The notes under the pieces were generated by a model. It was given only the letters and a program-made list of their open reading frames with translations, searched no databases and was not told the origin of the DNA. From NCBI GenBank assembly GCA_020891255.1, contig BQFW01000013.1:1488001-1552000 (forward strand): DNA of 64,000 bases. The letters run 5' to 3'. The position numbers and the translations under genes are program-made. This document shows positions 35,536 through 48,541 of this stretch, one piece after another. Numbering within the stretch: the first letter of the stretch is position 1; each line of letters begins with the position of its first letter. This DNA comes from Entomortierella parvispora E1425 (taxonomy: Eukaryota > Fungi > Mortierellomycota).

Positions 35536-37144
35536 ATGACCGCCCCTGCTGCCAACACCCCCGCCACTGAGCCCGTCGACTCTGTCGAGCCCACTGTCGA
35601 TTCTCACGAGGTCGGCTTGATGTTCGTCCACGAATACTATACCTTCTTGCACAAGGAGCCCTCCCGTCTTCACTGCTTCTACAATAAACAATCGACCATG
35701 AGCCACGGTATCCAGGGCGAGGAGATCCAGGTCTGCCACGGTCAACAGGCAAGTATATCATCAGATTGCTGTCGAAGAATTAAAAGATTTCTTGGTCTTG
35801 CTATTAATTGTGGGATAGATCGACAGGAGAGCAACCCCGGACTGTGATAAACTAAGCTAACCACCAACCTTTATTTTGTTTTGGCACCATTAGGAGATCC
35901 ACTCCAAGATCTTGGATTTGGATTTTGAGGACTGCAAAGTCTTGGTCAGCAACGTCGATAGCCAGAGCTCTCTCCAGGGAGGAATTGTTATCCAGGTTCT
36001 CGGAGAGATGTCCAACAAGGGTGGTGTTGCCAGAAAGTTTGTCCAGACCTTCTTCTTGGCTGTCCAGCCCAGAGGATACTATGTTTTGAACGACGTTTTC
36101 CGTTACCTTAAGGAGGACGCCGAGGTTGACGCCGACGCTCAGTTTGAGGCTGAGTTTGAGGCTGCAGATGAGACTACGCTGGTTGATGAGGGTGTTGTGG
36201 TGGAGGCCGCTAAGCTAGCTACCACCGAGGAGGTTGTTGCTGAGAGGGTCGTTGTTGAGGAGCCCAAGGTCGAGGTTCCCGAGGTTGTTGAGGAGAAGAA
36301 GGCCGTCGTTGAGGACAAGAAGGTCGAGAAGAAGGCCGAGAAGAAGCACGAGAAGAAGACTGACAAGAAGAAGGACGACAACAAGGAGGCTAAGAAGGAT
36401 TCGAAGAAGGAGGAGAAGTCCAAGGCCGCCGAGTCTAAGAAGCAGAATGGATCAATCGAGACTGTTTCTTCAGTCGAGTCCGCTGAGACCCCTGCTGTTG
36501 TTGCCGCCACCGAGGTTGCTGCTGCCCCCGCTCTTGCTCCTGCCCCCGCCCCTGTCCAGCCCCCCAAGCCCAAGACCTGGGCCAACCTCGCTGCTAACAA
36601 CTCCACTCAGTGGGGATCTCATGTTAACCCCACCAAGGGATCCTCCGTGACCGTTAACCCCCCTACTCCCGCAAAGCCCCAGACCCCTGCCGCCCATGCG
36701 CCTGCCAAGACGGCCCAGAGATCCAACATTGATCCTCTCTCGGTCTATGTCAAGAACATCACTGAGAGAATGAGCCTTGAGCAGTTGAAGGAGGCTTTCA
36801 ACAAGTTCGGTGCCGTGAAGAACATCGAGCTGGTTTCCAGAAAGACTTGCGCCTACGTCGACTTTGATTCCGCCGAGGCCGTCCAAGCTGCCTTGAAGCA
36901 GAACGTGGTCCAGGTTGGTTCCGAGAATGTTTTGGCCGAGGAGCGTCGTCGCTCTAATGTCTATCAGAACGGCAACCGTCCCTTCTTTGGCAACCAGAAT
37001 GGAGGACCTGCCAAACAGGCTGCCAACGGCCACCAGGGTTCCCAGGGTGTTAACCGTGGACGCCCTAACCCCCGTGGAGGATTCCAGGACCGCAAGTCCA
37101 TCCAGAAGCCTGAGAAGGCTGCCCCCACCGTTGCTGTGAAGTAA
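35536..37144 (+). CDS. NTF2+RRM protein, G3BP/Nxt3/Bre5 family (stress-granule nucleator)
   Basis: VGLMFVHEYYTFLHKEPSRLHCFY, KFVQTFFLA...YYVLNDVFRYL, PKTWANLAA, RRM SVYVKNI...CAYVDF, C-terminal RG region. Confidence 0.93.
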
Positions 37145-37690
37145 AAAAAAAAAAAAAAAAGAAAGAAACCGACAAAAAGGAAAAAAAAACTCCAACATCA
37201 ACAACCGATACCACCTCTCTGTCCCCACAGTGAACAATCTTTAAAAAAAAAAAAAAAAAAAAAAAAACTCCTTCATCATCTCCTTCCCCAGAACTCTTCC
37301 ACGTTTCTCTTCATCATCCTCTAAATTACCATTAGAACCTTGTACATTTGACCACCATTTTACCCAACCTCACCTCCCTTCTTTGTTGCATCCTGTTGTT
37401 TTTTATCTTTGCCTTTTCTTTCTTTCTTTCCTCCTTGTCTTTGTAAGATTGGATGACGAGCACAAAAAAAAGTAGTTGATGGACGTTGCTGAGCACGAGT
37501 GTGGTTTTCCTGTATCTTTTCCCTTGTTTTCTTTTCCTTTTGCTCGCCTTTCTTTCAGCTTCTGCCTTATTCTCGTTTTCAAATCTTCCTGAAAGCCTGT
37601 ACTTGTCTCGTTCAAGATCGAGCCACCATTTGTCACTCAAACAAACAAAAAAAAGTAATAAACACTTGGTTGGCATTGATTATTAATTGT

Positions 37691-40103
37691 CTACGCTGCT
37701 TGGTCAAGAATAGAGACTGTGGCTGTGGCGCGCTGGTAGAAGGGTCCTTGACGACGGTTCAAGTCTAAACGCGACACTTGGTCAACAGTCAAGAGTTCAT
37801 TTCCAGAGTTGGTCTTGACACGTTCGTATGTCTTCAACATGCCCTCAATCACTTCATGCTTTGCAACCTGCTCAGGATATACATAAAAAAAGAATAGATC
37901 AGCTGAAGATCGAATATAGGGGAACCGATAAGCCTGATTTGCATATCGTACCTTCTCAGAGTGCGAAAGCGTTGCAGTCCTGTCCAGGAGAAAGGTGATA
38001 AAATCTCGGAGAGCACCCATATTCTACATTGTGGGGAGGTTGAGGAAGAAGACATTCAGCTTCGTACCCTGGTGGAATCTCGAACATCAAGAAGTTGGCG
38101 AATGAGGGGACGCAGCTGCTAGTCATTTACCTGCACAGCAAAAGGATATCTTGACAGAGGAATCATCGCCGATAGGGCCGCCATGCTCAGTTCTGGCGAT
38201 TGAGATTTGGCCGAGGTCAGCAATCGAGCCAAGAAGGGACTTTGGCTGGGACCCTCTAATTTAGAATACATTCCCAAAATGACTCCATCTTCGGCTGGCG
38301 TTGGCTCCGTGCTAATTGGGGGTATCAGTTGTTGCAAATAATAGACACATTAATAACAAACGGTATACACGATCTTGCGGACAAAATGAGTAAAGGAAGA
38401 TAAGTATACCTTGAAGCCAAAATCTGCGCTAAAGAGTGGTACCATGCTACGCGTGTCTCTCTCGACAAGGTAGCGTACTGTCGAAGAAATGAGGTCACGC
38501 AGGAGCTCTGAGCCAACCATTCCACATTTTGAAGGTTGCCACCAATCAGTCCAATAGCTGCCATAGCCTCGACCTTAAGAGATTCATCCAGCTCAACATC
38601 GTCATCCCTTGCATCCAAAAGTCCTTGAAGTTGCGACAAGATCTGGTACTTCATATCCAACGAGACGAAACCCACCGCCTTGGAGTCGCCCAGTTTACCG
38701 TATAGCTTCAAAATTGCTGAAACTGAAAGACTGTCCTCGCTTGCTTCTGTTGCAACCACTTCGGACAGGCGGGCCAAAATCCCAGACTCGTCCAGGTATT
38801 CACTTCCTGATTCTGATACACCAAACTAAGGAAAAGAAGTCAGATACGTTAGAATCATGATGCGACGCCGCCATACTGAGAGTAAAGAGTGGGAGAATAG
38901 GAGATGATTTTCTTACCTCTGCGAGGATCTCAATGATGTTGAATCGTGCGAGGAAATCAGTTGTTGTCACACCGCTTTCGAGCGGGTCCAGGAGCTCAAC
39001 TTTTTGAATGGCAGTCATGGCTTCTCGAGACTGTGCTGCCAACTTGGTCAGGACCTCCATCATTCGCATCTGTACTATGGAGCTCCTGAAGAAATGGTTC
39101 AATCGTAACAAGCAGAGTTAAAATCGACTGTAAGGTGTGCCAAATGGTCATATGGAAGAGTGCCTGTGGGATGGTTATGTTGCGTCTTACTTTGAGTTGA
39201 CAAGGTCTCGAATTGCGCAGAATGAACCATCATAGTTTAGGACGATCTCCAGTTTATCTTGGGTGTGGCAAATCTATGATCGGAATGACATCGTTAGTTT
39301 TCTAGAAAAAAAAAAAAGTGGAGCATGCTCTATCCTGTGCATGGAGTTTGGGTCTCAAGGAAGTTAGTTGAACCTGCCTTGAGCAGTGTTTGCTTGGCCC
39401 GGTCTGCAACCGAAATGCTACTAGATGCAATACCGTCAATTACAGCTTTGAATACGTCCGATTCCAACTAAACATGGGTAGAATATGCAAGTCTTTTTGT
39501 TAGATCACTCTCATCCCGTTTTGAGTCTTTTTGTTGTCTTTAGAGTGTTTCATACCATTGCCCTCAATGTTGCCGTATTCTCATCCGCCACCTTGTTGAC
39601 CTGTGATAGACCCAAAGCGTAGACTCTCTCAGAAGGCGAGTTCAAGGCCTGCATCAAGGCCGCAGCCATAAAAGGATCCTGCGCAGCGCTGGAATAGGAT
39701 TGATCCTTCAAGAGTAGTTCTAAAACCCCGCACGTCTTGTCGATTGTTATTTCAGTTTCGTCGCCATGATCCGCTTGCAAGAGTTGAAAGAATTGAGTCA
39801 GTGGAACGGAGCTAAGAATTTGTTGAGCCGCTTCGGTACCATGGACCCCTATATAAAGAGACGGTAAAGCGAAAGAATAAACAAAGAATATATCAGAGAC
39901 TTATCTTGAGTGGGACAAAAAATAAAGGCAGAATCTCCCAGAGAGCGGACGTAGTATCTATCATATCCGTTACCCTTGAGAGCGTGGTCAAAGACGGTCA
40001 ACGCGTCGTGAACAGCCAGAGAATCCTGCAGGCCGGCTGCAAAGGTGGTGATGGAGTGCTGCAACTGAGCATTGTCTTCAGTAGAATTGTCCACGGTGGG
40101 CAT
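37691..40103 (-). CDS. 26S proteasome regulatory-particle assembly chaperone PSMD5/S5b (Hsm3-like), many exons
   Basis: ARM-like helical exons (VQMRMMEVLTKLAAQS, DFLARFNIIEIL, EYLDESGILARL, KVEAMAAIGLIG, FITFLLDRT, QGPFYQRATATV). Family assignment is from recalled motifs. Confidence 0.75.
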
Positions 40104-40370
40104 GGTGATTCGATGAGAATTGCTGAAAAGGATGCTGAATGCAAAAGAGGGAATGTGACGAATGAAAGAGGGTCTTCGTGGAGCAGTGTGCGCAACCGCA
40201 ACCACGAATGCACGTCACTCACTCAAATTCCGATTTTTTTTGGTAGTAATGAAAGTCAATGGTTAGGGGACTGTGCCCTTCCTCTCCTGTTCAAGAGTTC
40301 TAATCCTTTTATCCTGTTTTATTGAGATGAAAAGACAGGTGATAAAAAAAAGCAGTGTCTGTTTGATTCT

Positions 40371-41379
40371 TTAATCCAAATGCGTCGCCTCGGTGTTGGC
40401 AAGGAACTTCTCCATGTCGGCTTCAAACAAATCCTGGGCCAAGACACCATCCTCATCAAACCAGAAACGGAACGCGGTCGAGTATTGCTGGTGAGTCGAC
40501 TTCTTGCTTTTGGACGACTTTGATGCCCCATCAAAGTCCATGCGAAGATCCAGATCATAGTAGGGGTTGTAACTCTTTACCGAGGATCCTAATGCGATTG
40601 TCTGAGTGCCCTTCTATGAAATGATGCATACGATCACTGTTAGTTTCAAGTTGCAGGGATCTTTGAGCGTGAATGAAGGTCACGTACTGGTGTTGTCTTT
40701 GATCCGGTAAAGATGGTGTTCTTCTCGACAAGGTAAGAATAGCCCATCATCAAGATGTTGGAAAGGTAGTACCTATAAGGAGCAAAGGACAATGCTGTTT
40801 AGAGAAGAGCACAGAGCGGGGCGAGGGACAGGGGGACCAGCAAGGGGCAAAATGGTAAAACACAGACACGCTACGTGGCATCAATGCCTGTGGTACTGCA
40901 CAAGCAAATCAATGATACACACTTACAGCGCGACACTGACAAACGTCCAAAACTTTGTGGCAGGCAGCTCGAATGGGTGGATATATCCATAGTACGATCC
41001 AGCGGCAGCAGCAGCACAGCCAAGGTATCCAATGACCAACTTGATATCGGTGTGCTTATGGCTCTGGCGGTAGCCGGCCTTGGTCTCAAGGTACTAGCGA
41101 ATGATGAGAAAATGAGCGCGTTAGGAAATGACAATCTAGGGTTTAGTCCAGTCCAGTCTCCAGTCTCCAGTGGAAAGGGAGTGCTTCTTTTTTGTTACCT
41201 CCTTGACAGCATCATCGCATGCGCTCTTCAGGTCCGTGAGATTGGACTTGTCGACCTTGATGGCGCGGGCTGTGAGAAGGACAAGTTCAAGGAGAAGGTA
41301 GGCTTGAGTTAGCGCGACAATGGCCATGGGGACATGATAGGAAGGAAAGGCGATGCTTGCCTTGGGACTCGGATGTCAT
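40371..41379 (-). CDS. SPC2: Signal peptidase complex subunit 2 (Spc2/SPC25)
   Basis: Spliced product MTSESQARAIKVDKSNLTDLKSACDDAVKEYLETKAGYRQSHKHTDIKLVIGYLGC..YIHPF..YSYLVEKNTIF..FWFDEDGVL; first intron is GC-AG. Confidence 0.85.
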
Positions 41380-41553
41380 TGCGGCGGTGATGGCGAGGAA
41401 GAGGGGGAGGAGGAGAAAGAATGAAGATGGGATGGACAGACGAATGGATGGATGGATAGACAGGGACAAGAAAAGAAAAAAGAAATGAAAAGCGAAATAA
41501 TGGAAGAAATGAGACGGCTGATCAATCTCAACACATGGGTGGATATGCAGATG

Positions 41554-41585
<32 letters not shown>

Positions 41586-41798
41586 CACTCGACATTCTTC
41601 TTCGTCTCTCCTCTCTTCTTCACTCTTCACTCTTCTTCTTTCCCACTCTTATTGTTTATTCCTCTCTTCCTCTTGCACCCCTCTCTCTCGCTCTCTCGTT
41701 CTCCCTTTGCCCTCTGTTCCTCCTTTCTTCCTTTCCTCCTTTCCTCCTTTTCTCTCAGCGCATCCCATTTCACTCTGTACACTGCATCTCGCTGTATC

Positions 41799-41843
41799 AT
41801 GGCCAGAGAGGATGTCCAGTTCCACCAGTCTTCTTCCGCCTGA
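41799..41843 (+). promoter_or_regulatory. Out-of-frame overlapping uORF (MAREDVQFHQSSSA*) starting 13 nt before the Est1/SMG-like ATG
   Basis: atcATGg at 41799 and TGA at 41841-41843; main ATG at 41812 is in another frame. Confidence 0.55.
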
Positions 41844-44800
41844 GATCCACCTCCAGACCATCCGTCAGCTATACCTGTAATTGGCCACCTTCTGATTCAA
41901 TGAAGAGACGAATGAGCGAAGTCAGAGGGTGCATTACTTGCATTCGCTTTGAACATCATAGCATCTTTGCACTTTTCACCTTTGCCCCCACCAGCTTCTG
42001 CTTTGCCAGCGTTGCTCTGCCTATGTTCACATTTCCTCTGTTCTTCTTACTGGATCTGATAATGCATGTCTATCAAGGCGCAAACAGCTAAGTCCTCCCC
42101 TCCTCGTCTTCCTCTGTCCTCGCCCTTAGTGATGCCGCTATCCTTGAGCAGTCGATCCAGCAACATGTAGAGGCCAACAAGGTCGGCTATAGATCCAGCA
42201 ACTCCTCTCATCCTTCTTCGCCCAGTGGAGACCGCAGATCCCAGAACGACCGATCGCCTAGTTCAAGTTCACAGCAGGGTCGACGCCAAACTCCAGCTCA
42301 ACCTCCCGCCAAGAGATCGAGCCGGCAGCAGCAAAATTCGGCTCAGGACGACCAGGGTTTTCAGATTCCTCCTTCGACGCACTTTCGATCTGGTTATGAA
42401 GAACTGACTTTTCTTAGAGACAGGTAAGGAACAACAGAACGCGCAGCCTCGTTGTGTGGAGAAGTGGGGGTTGTTTTCCTTGTATCTTTGGCTTTGGACT
42501 GGACCCCTTGGAGACCTCAAAGGCAACAAACGCGTCATCTATTTGCGCAGGGAAATATAATTGGAGCAGGACTCACTACTGTCACTGTAGTGGTGGTTGT
42601 AAAGGGTCCATATTGTCGGGTCTAGCGGGCACCTTGAGCGGCGAATTCGTGCAGGAAACCGAGCTCCAACACCATTTCGCATAGTCTGACCATGGAGCTC
42701 AAAATTTATTGTTTGTTTGTTTGTGCCTTTTGTGTTTAGCTTGAAGGATGTCTTTGAGACGGTCCTACTGGCCGACCTAATTGCCGCAGTTGAAAAGTCA
42801 GTTGACGAACGTCTGTGGAGGCACGTCTTTTATACGCCCATCGAGGAGCTTCGTTCCGAGCTGAGAAAGGTATTAACACGGACGCGCGTCTTCAAGGAGT
42901 GACTCTTTGACAATCCTTTTGCTTTCCGGACGCCATGCGCCTGCACAGTCTCTGTGAATATAATAGCTCGAGACATCGATTGCTAATCAAATCTATATAT
43001 TTCTCCGTCTTCTCTGGGGGGGTGCTCATTTCTGTCGGGAATGTAGCTTGACAGGGCGAGTCCACGCCGCCAGGAAGTTATGGATGAATTAAGCAAACTT
43101 CTGGACAAGGGCACAGGATTCTATCACGAGGTGATCACGACGCTTCGGTGCGACCATGACATCGACCTTAACAGCATCGCAGTTGAAGTGCTTAGCGCAG
43201 AAACAGGATCGAATTCAACCAGCAACAAGGGCAATAACGACACACAGGACCGAGGGTCCCAGCGCACGAGAAATGGTCGCTCACGGCAGCAATCTCGCAC
43301 AAAGGAGGAAGCAGCATCGGTGACCTATACAAAAGAATCACTGGCCAACTGTGTCCAGAAATGCTTCATTTACCTTGGTGACCTGGCCCGTTACAGGACC
43401 AACATTCGCCTGGAGGCACAGTCTGTCCAAGCCAATGCTCAACCTGCGGTTCTAGGTTCACAGGTCCGACCTTCGGCCTCCGACTGGAGAGCCGCGGGTC
43501 GATTTTATCAAAGGGCCATCCAGATATACCCTGATAGTGCCAAACCCTATGGTCAAATGGCCATCCTTGCCTCCTACGCCACTGACGACTTGGATGCTTT
43601 GTACTGGTACAGTCTCAGGTAATAAGACTACATGATTTGCTTTCCGGATGTCTTCTTTTGAAAATTCGAAAGATCACAGAGACTAAGACCACCATGCATG
43701 GTGGGTCATGAATGTTTCCCCTTCTAGCTTGGGCGCCAAATTTCCGTCCGTCATTGTTCGAGACAACCTCAAAGTCTTTTTCTCTCGCTTCCAAAATCGT
43801 TTCAAAGATGTGTTGTTGTCACTCAACTCATTTCAGGAACAGCGTGGCGATGCGATGGAGACAGATGGCGAATCTCAGAGAAACGAAGCTGCTGAATCAT
43901 GCGACCTGTTTGTACTCTTCATCAAAATTCAGATGGATCTATTTACTCCGCAGCTGCAAAGGTAAAAAAAAAATGTCCGCTGTTTTTTCACTGAGTGTTG
44001 TTTTTAAGCACAGAGGTGATTCTAACACCGTCGTCTCATGGTTCATAGTGTCACATTCAGGGAACCGCAACTGTTGGAGACGTTTTGTACAAGGCTATCA
44101 AGAAGACTTCAGGAGACTGAATTTGAAAGTGAGGCTCAGAGGATGGTTGTCGCAACGATTTTAATCGTATGGGACCTGTTGTTCAGGAGCCTGCATGTAC
44201 CCAACACGACCGAAACGGCATCCAAAGGAGGCGTACAGGGTATGAAGCAGGCTCAGCGGACAGGACTCATCTTTTTACTGCAAACGTCGACTGTATTACT
44301 TGAACAGCAAATCTTAAAGCTTCAAAATTGGAAAAAAACAAAGGGCGGCGAGATTCGGCCACCTTTAGACATGGGACTTGTCTTTCCGATCCAAATGCTG
44401 GTCCAGTTTTGGATTTCGCACTGGGACCAGATTTGGGGCATGATTCGTCTGGAGGAGAAATGGAACTCGTCATCCTCGAGCAAAGGAGACCTCTCCTTGC
44501 GGAAAGCAGCAGTGGCGTTTTTCCGGAATTTTGTGAATTTGCTCAACAAAGTACACCCGCCGCAGCAACAGAGCCAAGCACAACAACAGCAACAACAACA
44601 ACAACAACAGCAACAACAATTTACAGACGGATCTGCGGATGAAATTACACAACAGGCGCTATGTCTCAACCAACAGGATCGAGGCCCTCTATTCGGTCTC
44701 ATGCCTTTCAGGAGATTCCACAGCCAGCTTTCCGTGACTTTTGATACCTCCGAGGTACCAGAGGAGACGATTGTGCACCGCTTTCGCATGTTTGCAGAGA

Positions 44801-46228
44801 AGGTTATCCATTCTAGCGAAGGTATTCGCGGTACTGTGGTTGAGCTGTCTATTGCTCCTGTATCAGAAGACGAGCCTAATGGGCCCACTCACTACCGCCT
44901 TTTGGATGCTGATGACAAGGTAGGTCGCTGAATGTCTAGCAGCACGACTGACCTTCACCTCGCTGCAGTACTCCCCTTTCAAGTATGTCTGACTTTTTCG
45001 GTGTCTTTTTCGTCTTTTTTTGATGTAGCGTACACTCCGTGAGAAAGGATCCAAGCTTCTGGCGTCTCATTGGCTTCAGGATCAGGTGACGACATTGCAG
45101 AAGGGACTTGAGGAGAGCGAATACAGTAGAAGACCCATTCGACCCCTCGTTCCTGTTTCGACTATTCCTGGGACAGTTCGTCTCCCAACGGCCCAGACCA
45201 TCAATGCACGCGCCATTGGCCAGTCGCTTCTCACAGATCATTACCAGCGTGGAGGCAACAACATTCCAAGACCACAACAGATGGGGCGACCTGGACCTGA
45301 GCGACAGTCTTCTTCACCTTCAGTGAAGGGACAGCGTTCGCAACCAAAGCATGGTCCCACGCAATGGACCTGTGTCTTAGATTTCTCAGTTTTGGTGTGG
45401 CACTTGTCTGAGATCAAGACAATCCTGGACCGTCGTCGATGTCTGTTGATTGTCCCCTTGGATGTCATTGATCGACTGGACCAGGCCAAGAAGGGCAACG
45501 AAAAGGAAAATCAGCGAGCACGCGAGGCGATTCGGTTCTTGGACGATCGATTGAATATTCCTCGGTGGGGAATGTCAGAGGCCTTGTTGGTCGGTCAGAA
45601 TGTGAAGGACAGTCTTGGACGCTGGAGCGAAGCCGTTCCCTTTTTGAGAGAACTGGAAGAGCCGGTAGACAATAACCGGGAGATAGAAGGTGATGAAGTG
45701 ATGGATGTTGCAGAGCAGGATGTGGATGAAATTATGGCAGAGTCCTCCGGTATGATGGATACAGAAGCCAATCTACAAGCCGACGCCGAAACTACCGAAA
45801 CTACGGAAGCTACTACAACAACCGTCGCTGCCGCCTCGACTACCCACCTGCTGGGCAAGCGATCCAAACGAGATGGCACCGAGTCATCATGCGACGAGCT
45901 TGCGGCTGATGACGATGATGAAGAGATGCCCAAGACGAAGTCCTCGATAAAGGAGTCCATGTCAGCAGCAACACATGAGACAGACACGGACGAGATTGAA
46001 GAGGATGACGAGGAAGAGGTCGAGGTCCGGAATACAATGAACGTTCCCCGTCTCTGGCGACCGATCCTTGGCGCTTCTTTGTTTATGATCCACAAACGCG
46101 AGGAGGCCCAGAGGATACCACGGGACCGGTTCATGTTGCTGACAGAAGACCATGATCTTATGTACTATGCTGGCTGGTTTGACATTCCGACCAGTGGTAT
46201 CCATGCTTGGAAGGAGAAGACAACATGA
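41812..46228 (+). CDS. Est1/SMG5-6-7 family protein (14-3-3-like TPR region plus C-terminal PIN domain), multi-exon
   Basis: LWRHVFY, CFIYLGDLARYR, AKPYGQMAILASY..DALYWYSLS..RDNL; PIN-like CVLDFSV..LIVPLDVIDRLD..AREAIRFL..LLTEDHDL; exons 41812-41876, 42130-42423, 42740-42869 join in phase. Confidence 0.88.
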
Positions 46229-46452
46229 TGAACCCCTCTTTTCTCGTGTCTTTTTTGCTTACTCTCTCTCCCTCTCTCTCTCCGAAACTGGAGGTGTACA
46301 GAACCATTGTTATTCTCTTTCATTTATTCCACCCTTTGACAGGGAGTAATAAAAGCAAACTTTGTATCACTAGAAAGTTGTTATCTGTGAATGAACTGGT
46401 AGGTTAAGCAAACAAGGAAGAGACCCATGGCGACGACGCTTCCTTTCGTACG

Positions 46453-48271
46453 TCAGAATGAACCCAATTTGGACCGCAGGACATCGTAGATGATGCCAGA
46501 AGGATCGACCTCCAAAATGTGCGCCATGATCTCTGGATCCTTGAATAACAAACCCGGGCTCTCGATCACCCTCCTGATGAGTACGGGCTTCAAATATTGC
46601 TGTGCGTGTCGCGCGTTATAGTCCAAGAGCTTGAAGAGGGACACCGGTCGCGTGTGCGACAGGACCATCGTTTCAGCAAGCTCTGCGTAACGATGGTAGA
46701 GCTCTTGCTGCTTCAAGGATTTGCAGAGCACCATGAGCGACTCGAACTCTTGGAGTTGAAAGTCCTCCTCGGATGGCAGTTCCTGTCTGTAGATCCATGC
46801 CATCACTTGATAGCAGGACGTGGGCGGGAAGTGGTTTGGCCAGTTCCAGACCTCAATTCTCGATCGGCTGGATGCAGTGTGGATGGTGGGACCAGCGGAC
46901 TCGAGGGCTGTTGGCGCTTCATCTGAGGAGTCCGAGGGCGGAGAAGAGGACGACGCGGGGTGAGAAACAGAGGACGAAGTTAACGGCACAACGTACTCTG
47001 ACTCTGAGAGCAAACAGTTTGCCAGCTCCTCCTGTTCTCTCGAAACCGTTGAGACGGTTCGCAGTGAAGAAGGATCCCTGGGGCGGCTGATCGGCTGGTT
47101 GACAGCAGCGTTTTGCAACATCTTTTGCTGGTGGTTCCTGTTTCTCCTCTCTCGTTTGGACAGGGGGGTTTCTTCCGAGGGCTGATGTTGTTGCTGCGGT
47201 CCTGAACCAAGAGTTCCATGGGCACCCGTCTCTTTCAGGACGTTCGTGGAATTGGCGCTCTCAGACGCAACGTCTTCATCATCTGTCACTGGTCCACTAA
47301 AGTCGGAGCCGCCAGGGTTGGAGCGTTGATCAGGGTCGCAGTAAATCGAGTCGGCCCTGTGGAAAGAGGGCGAGATGGGGTTCAGATTCAGAAAAAGAGC
47401 GAGCTCTGGGATCTGATCGAGAACATAGGCTTTATGAACCAGGACTTGCGTGAAGCTTTCGCTCCCTGTGCACTGGATCACAACATCAGCCGTAGAGGCA
47501 TCCTGCCAGAGAGCTGTCAAACTCCTTGGCCGAGAGACCGGGAGACCATGGACGCAAAAGTCCAGCACAAGGCTGCTGTGGTATTTCGGCAGATCTGCTC
47601 TCAATAGGATGTTGGTCAGCTCTAGAAATAAGAAAAAAAAAGAGGAAGGGAAAGCCCTTATTCAATGGAGCGCGCTTGAAAATAAAAGGTTGGGGCGGAT
47701 AAATGAAGTTGAACCAACAAAAAAAAAAAAAAACTTACCAAAGGCTCGCTTGTCAGCTCGAAGGATATCTTTGATGGTAACATGTCCGATCGACACCTTG
47801 CGGCACCCACTGTAAATCGTGATCTCAAGGTCGACTGGAGATGAACCAGCCGTCTGTCCGCCCGCCACCACTGCACTTTCTTTTCCAGAGCTCTCTGGAC
47901 TAGGCAGCGCTGTCTTCTGAGAGGATCCGGATCCCTCTTCTCTTGCCTTTTTTGTTGTCTCGGCTGGCTTGATGTCCGCAGTATCATCAGAGGCTCTGCT
48001 CACGGTCAATGTCTGGAATATTCACAAGGCCGAAAATAAAATGTTGGTAAACTTTCGTCATGAAGAAACCTTCCTTCAGAGACGCCATTTTCATTGTCTA
48101 CCCTACCAGGAACTTGTCAGTTTGACTGCGCTCTGAAATAGCGATGCGAATGCGAACTGGTCCTAATCGGATCTCGGGACTGATGACTGGAATCACGGTT
48201 GCGGTCACCGCCCAGGATTCGGTTTCCGAGTGCGATATATATCCTTGGGAGGGCTTTGTTGTGGAATCCAT
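46453..48271 (-). CDS. MATH-like/BTB-POZ-like domain protein; exons ~48271-48107, 48015-47738, 47621-46453
   Basis: LWQDASTADVVIQC...VLVHKAYVLDQIPEL and FPPTSCYQVMAWIYRQEL..LMVLCKSL resemble a split BTB domain; spliced frames join. Confidence 0.65.
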
Positions 48272-48541
48272 CGTGCTTGACGGGGGTAAGGAAGTGTTGC
48301 AATATCAAGTGAGGCAAGCGTGGTAAGAAGGATAAAGGCGCAACAGCCTTTGAGGGTCATTGAACAAGACATGAAAAAAAAAAAAAAAAAAAAATCAAGT
48401 GCAGCCCATGACAGCTCATTCTTCATCACTGGCAGAAAAAGTTTATCATCTCATCATACCGAGCCACATCATCTCCCATCTTAACGAGTACAACGGCGGA
48501 CAAAATTAAATGATGCACTATGGGGATGATGTCTGTATTGT

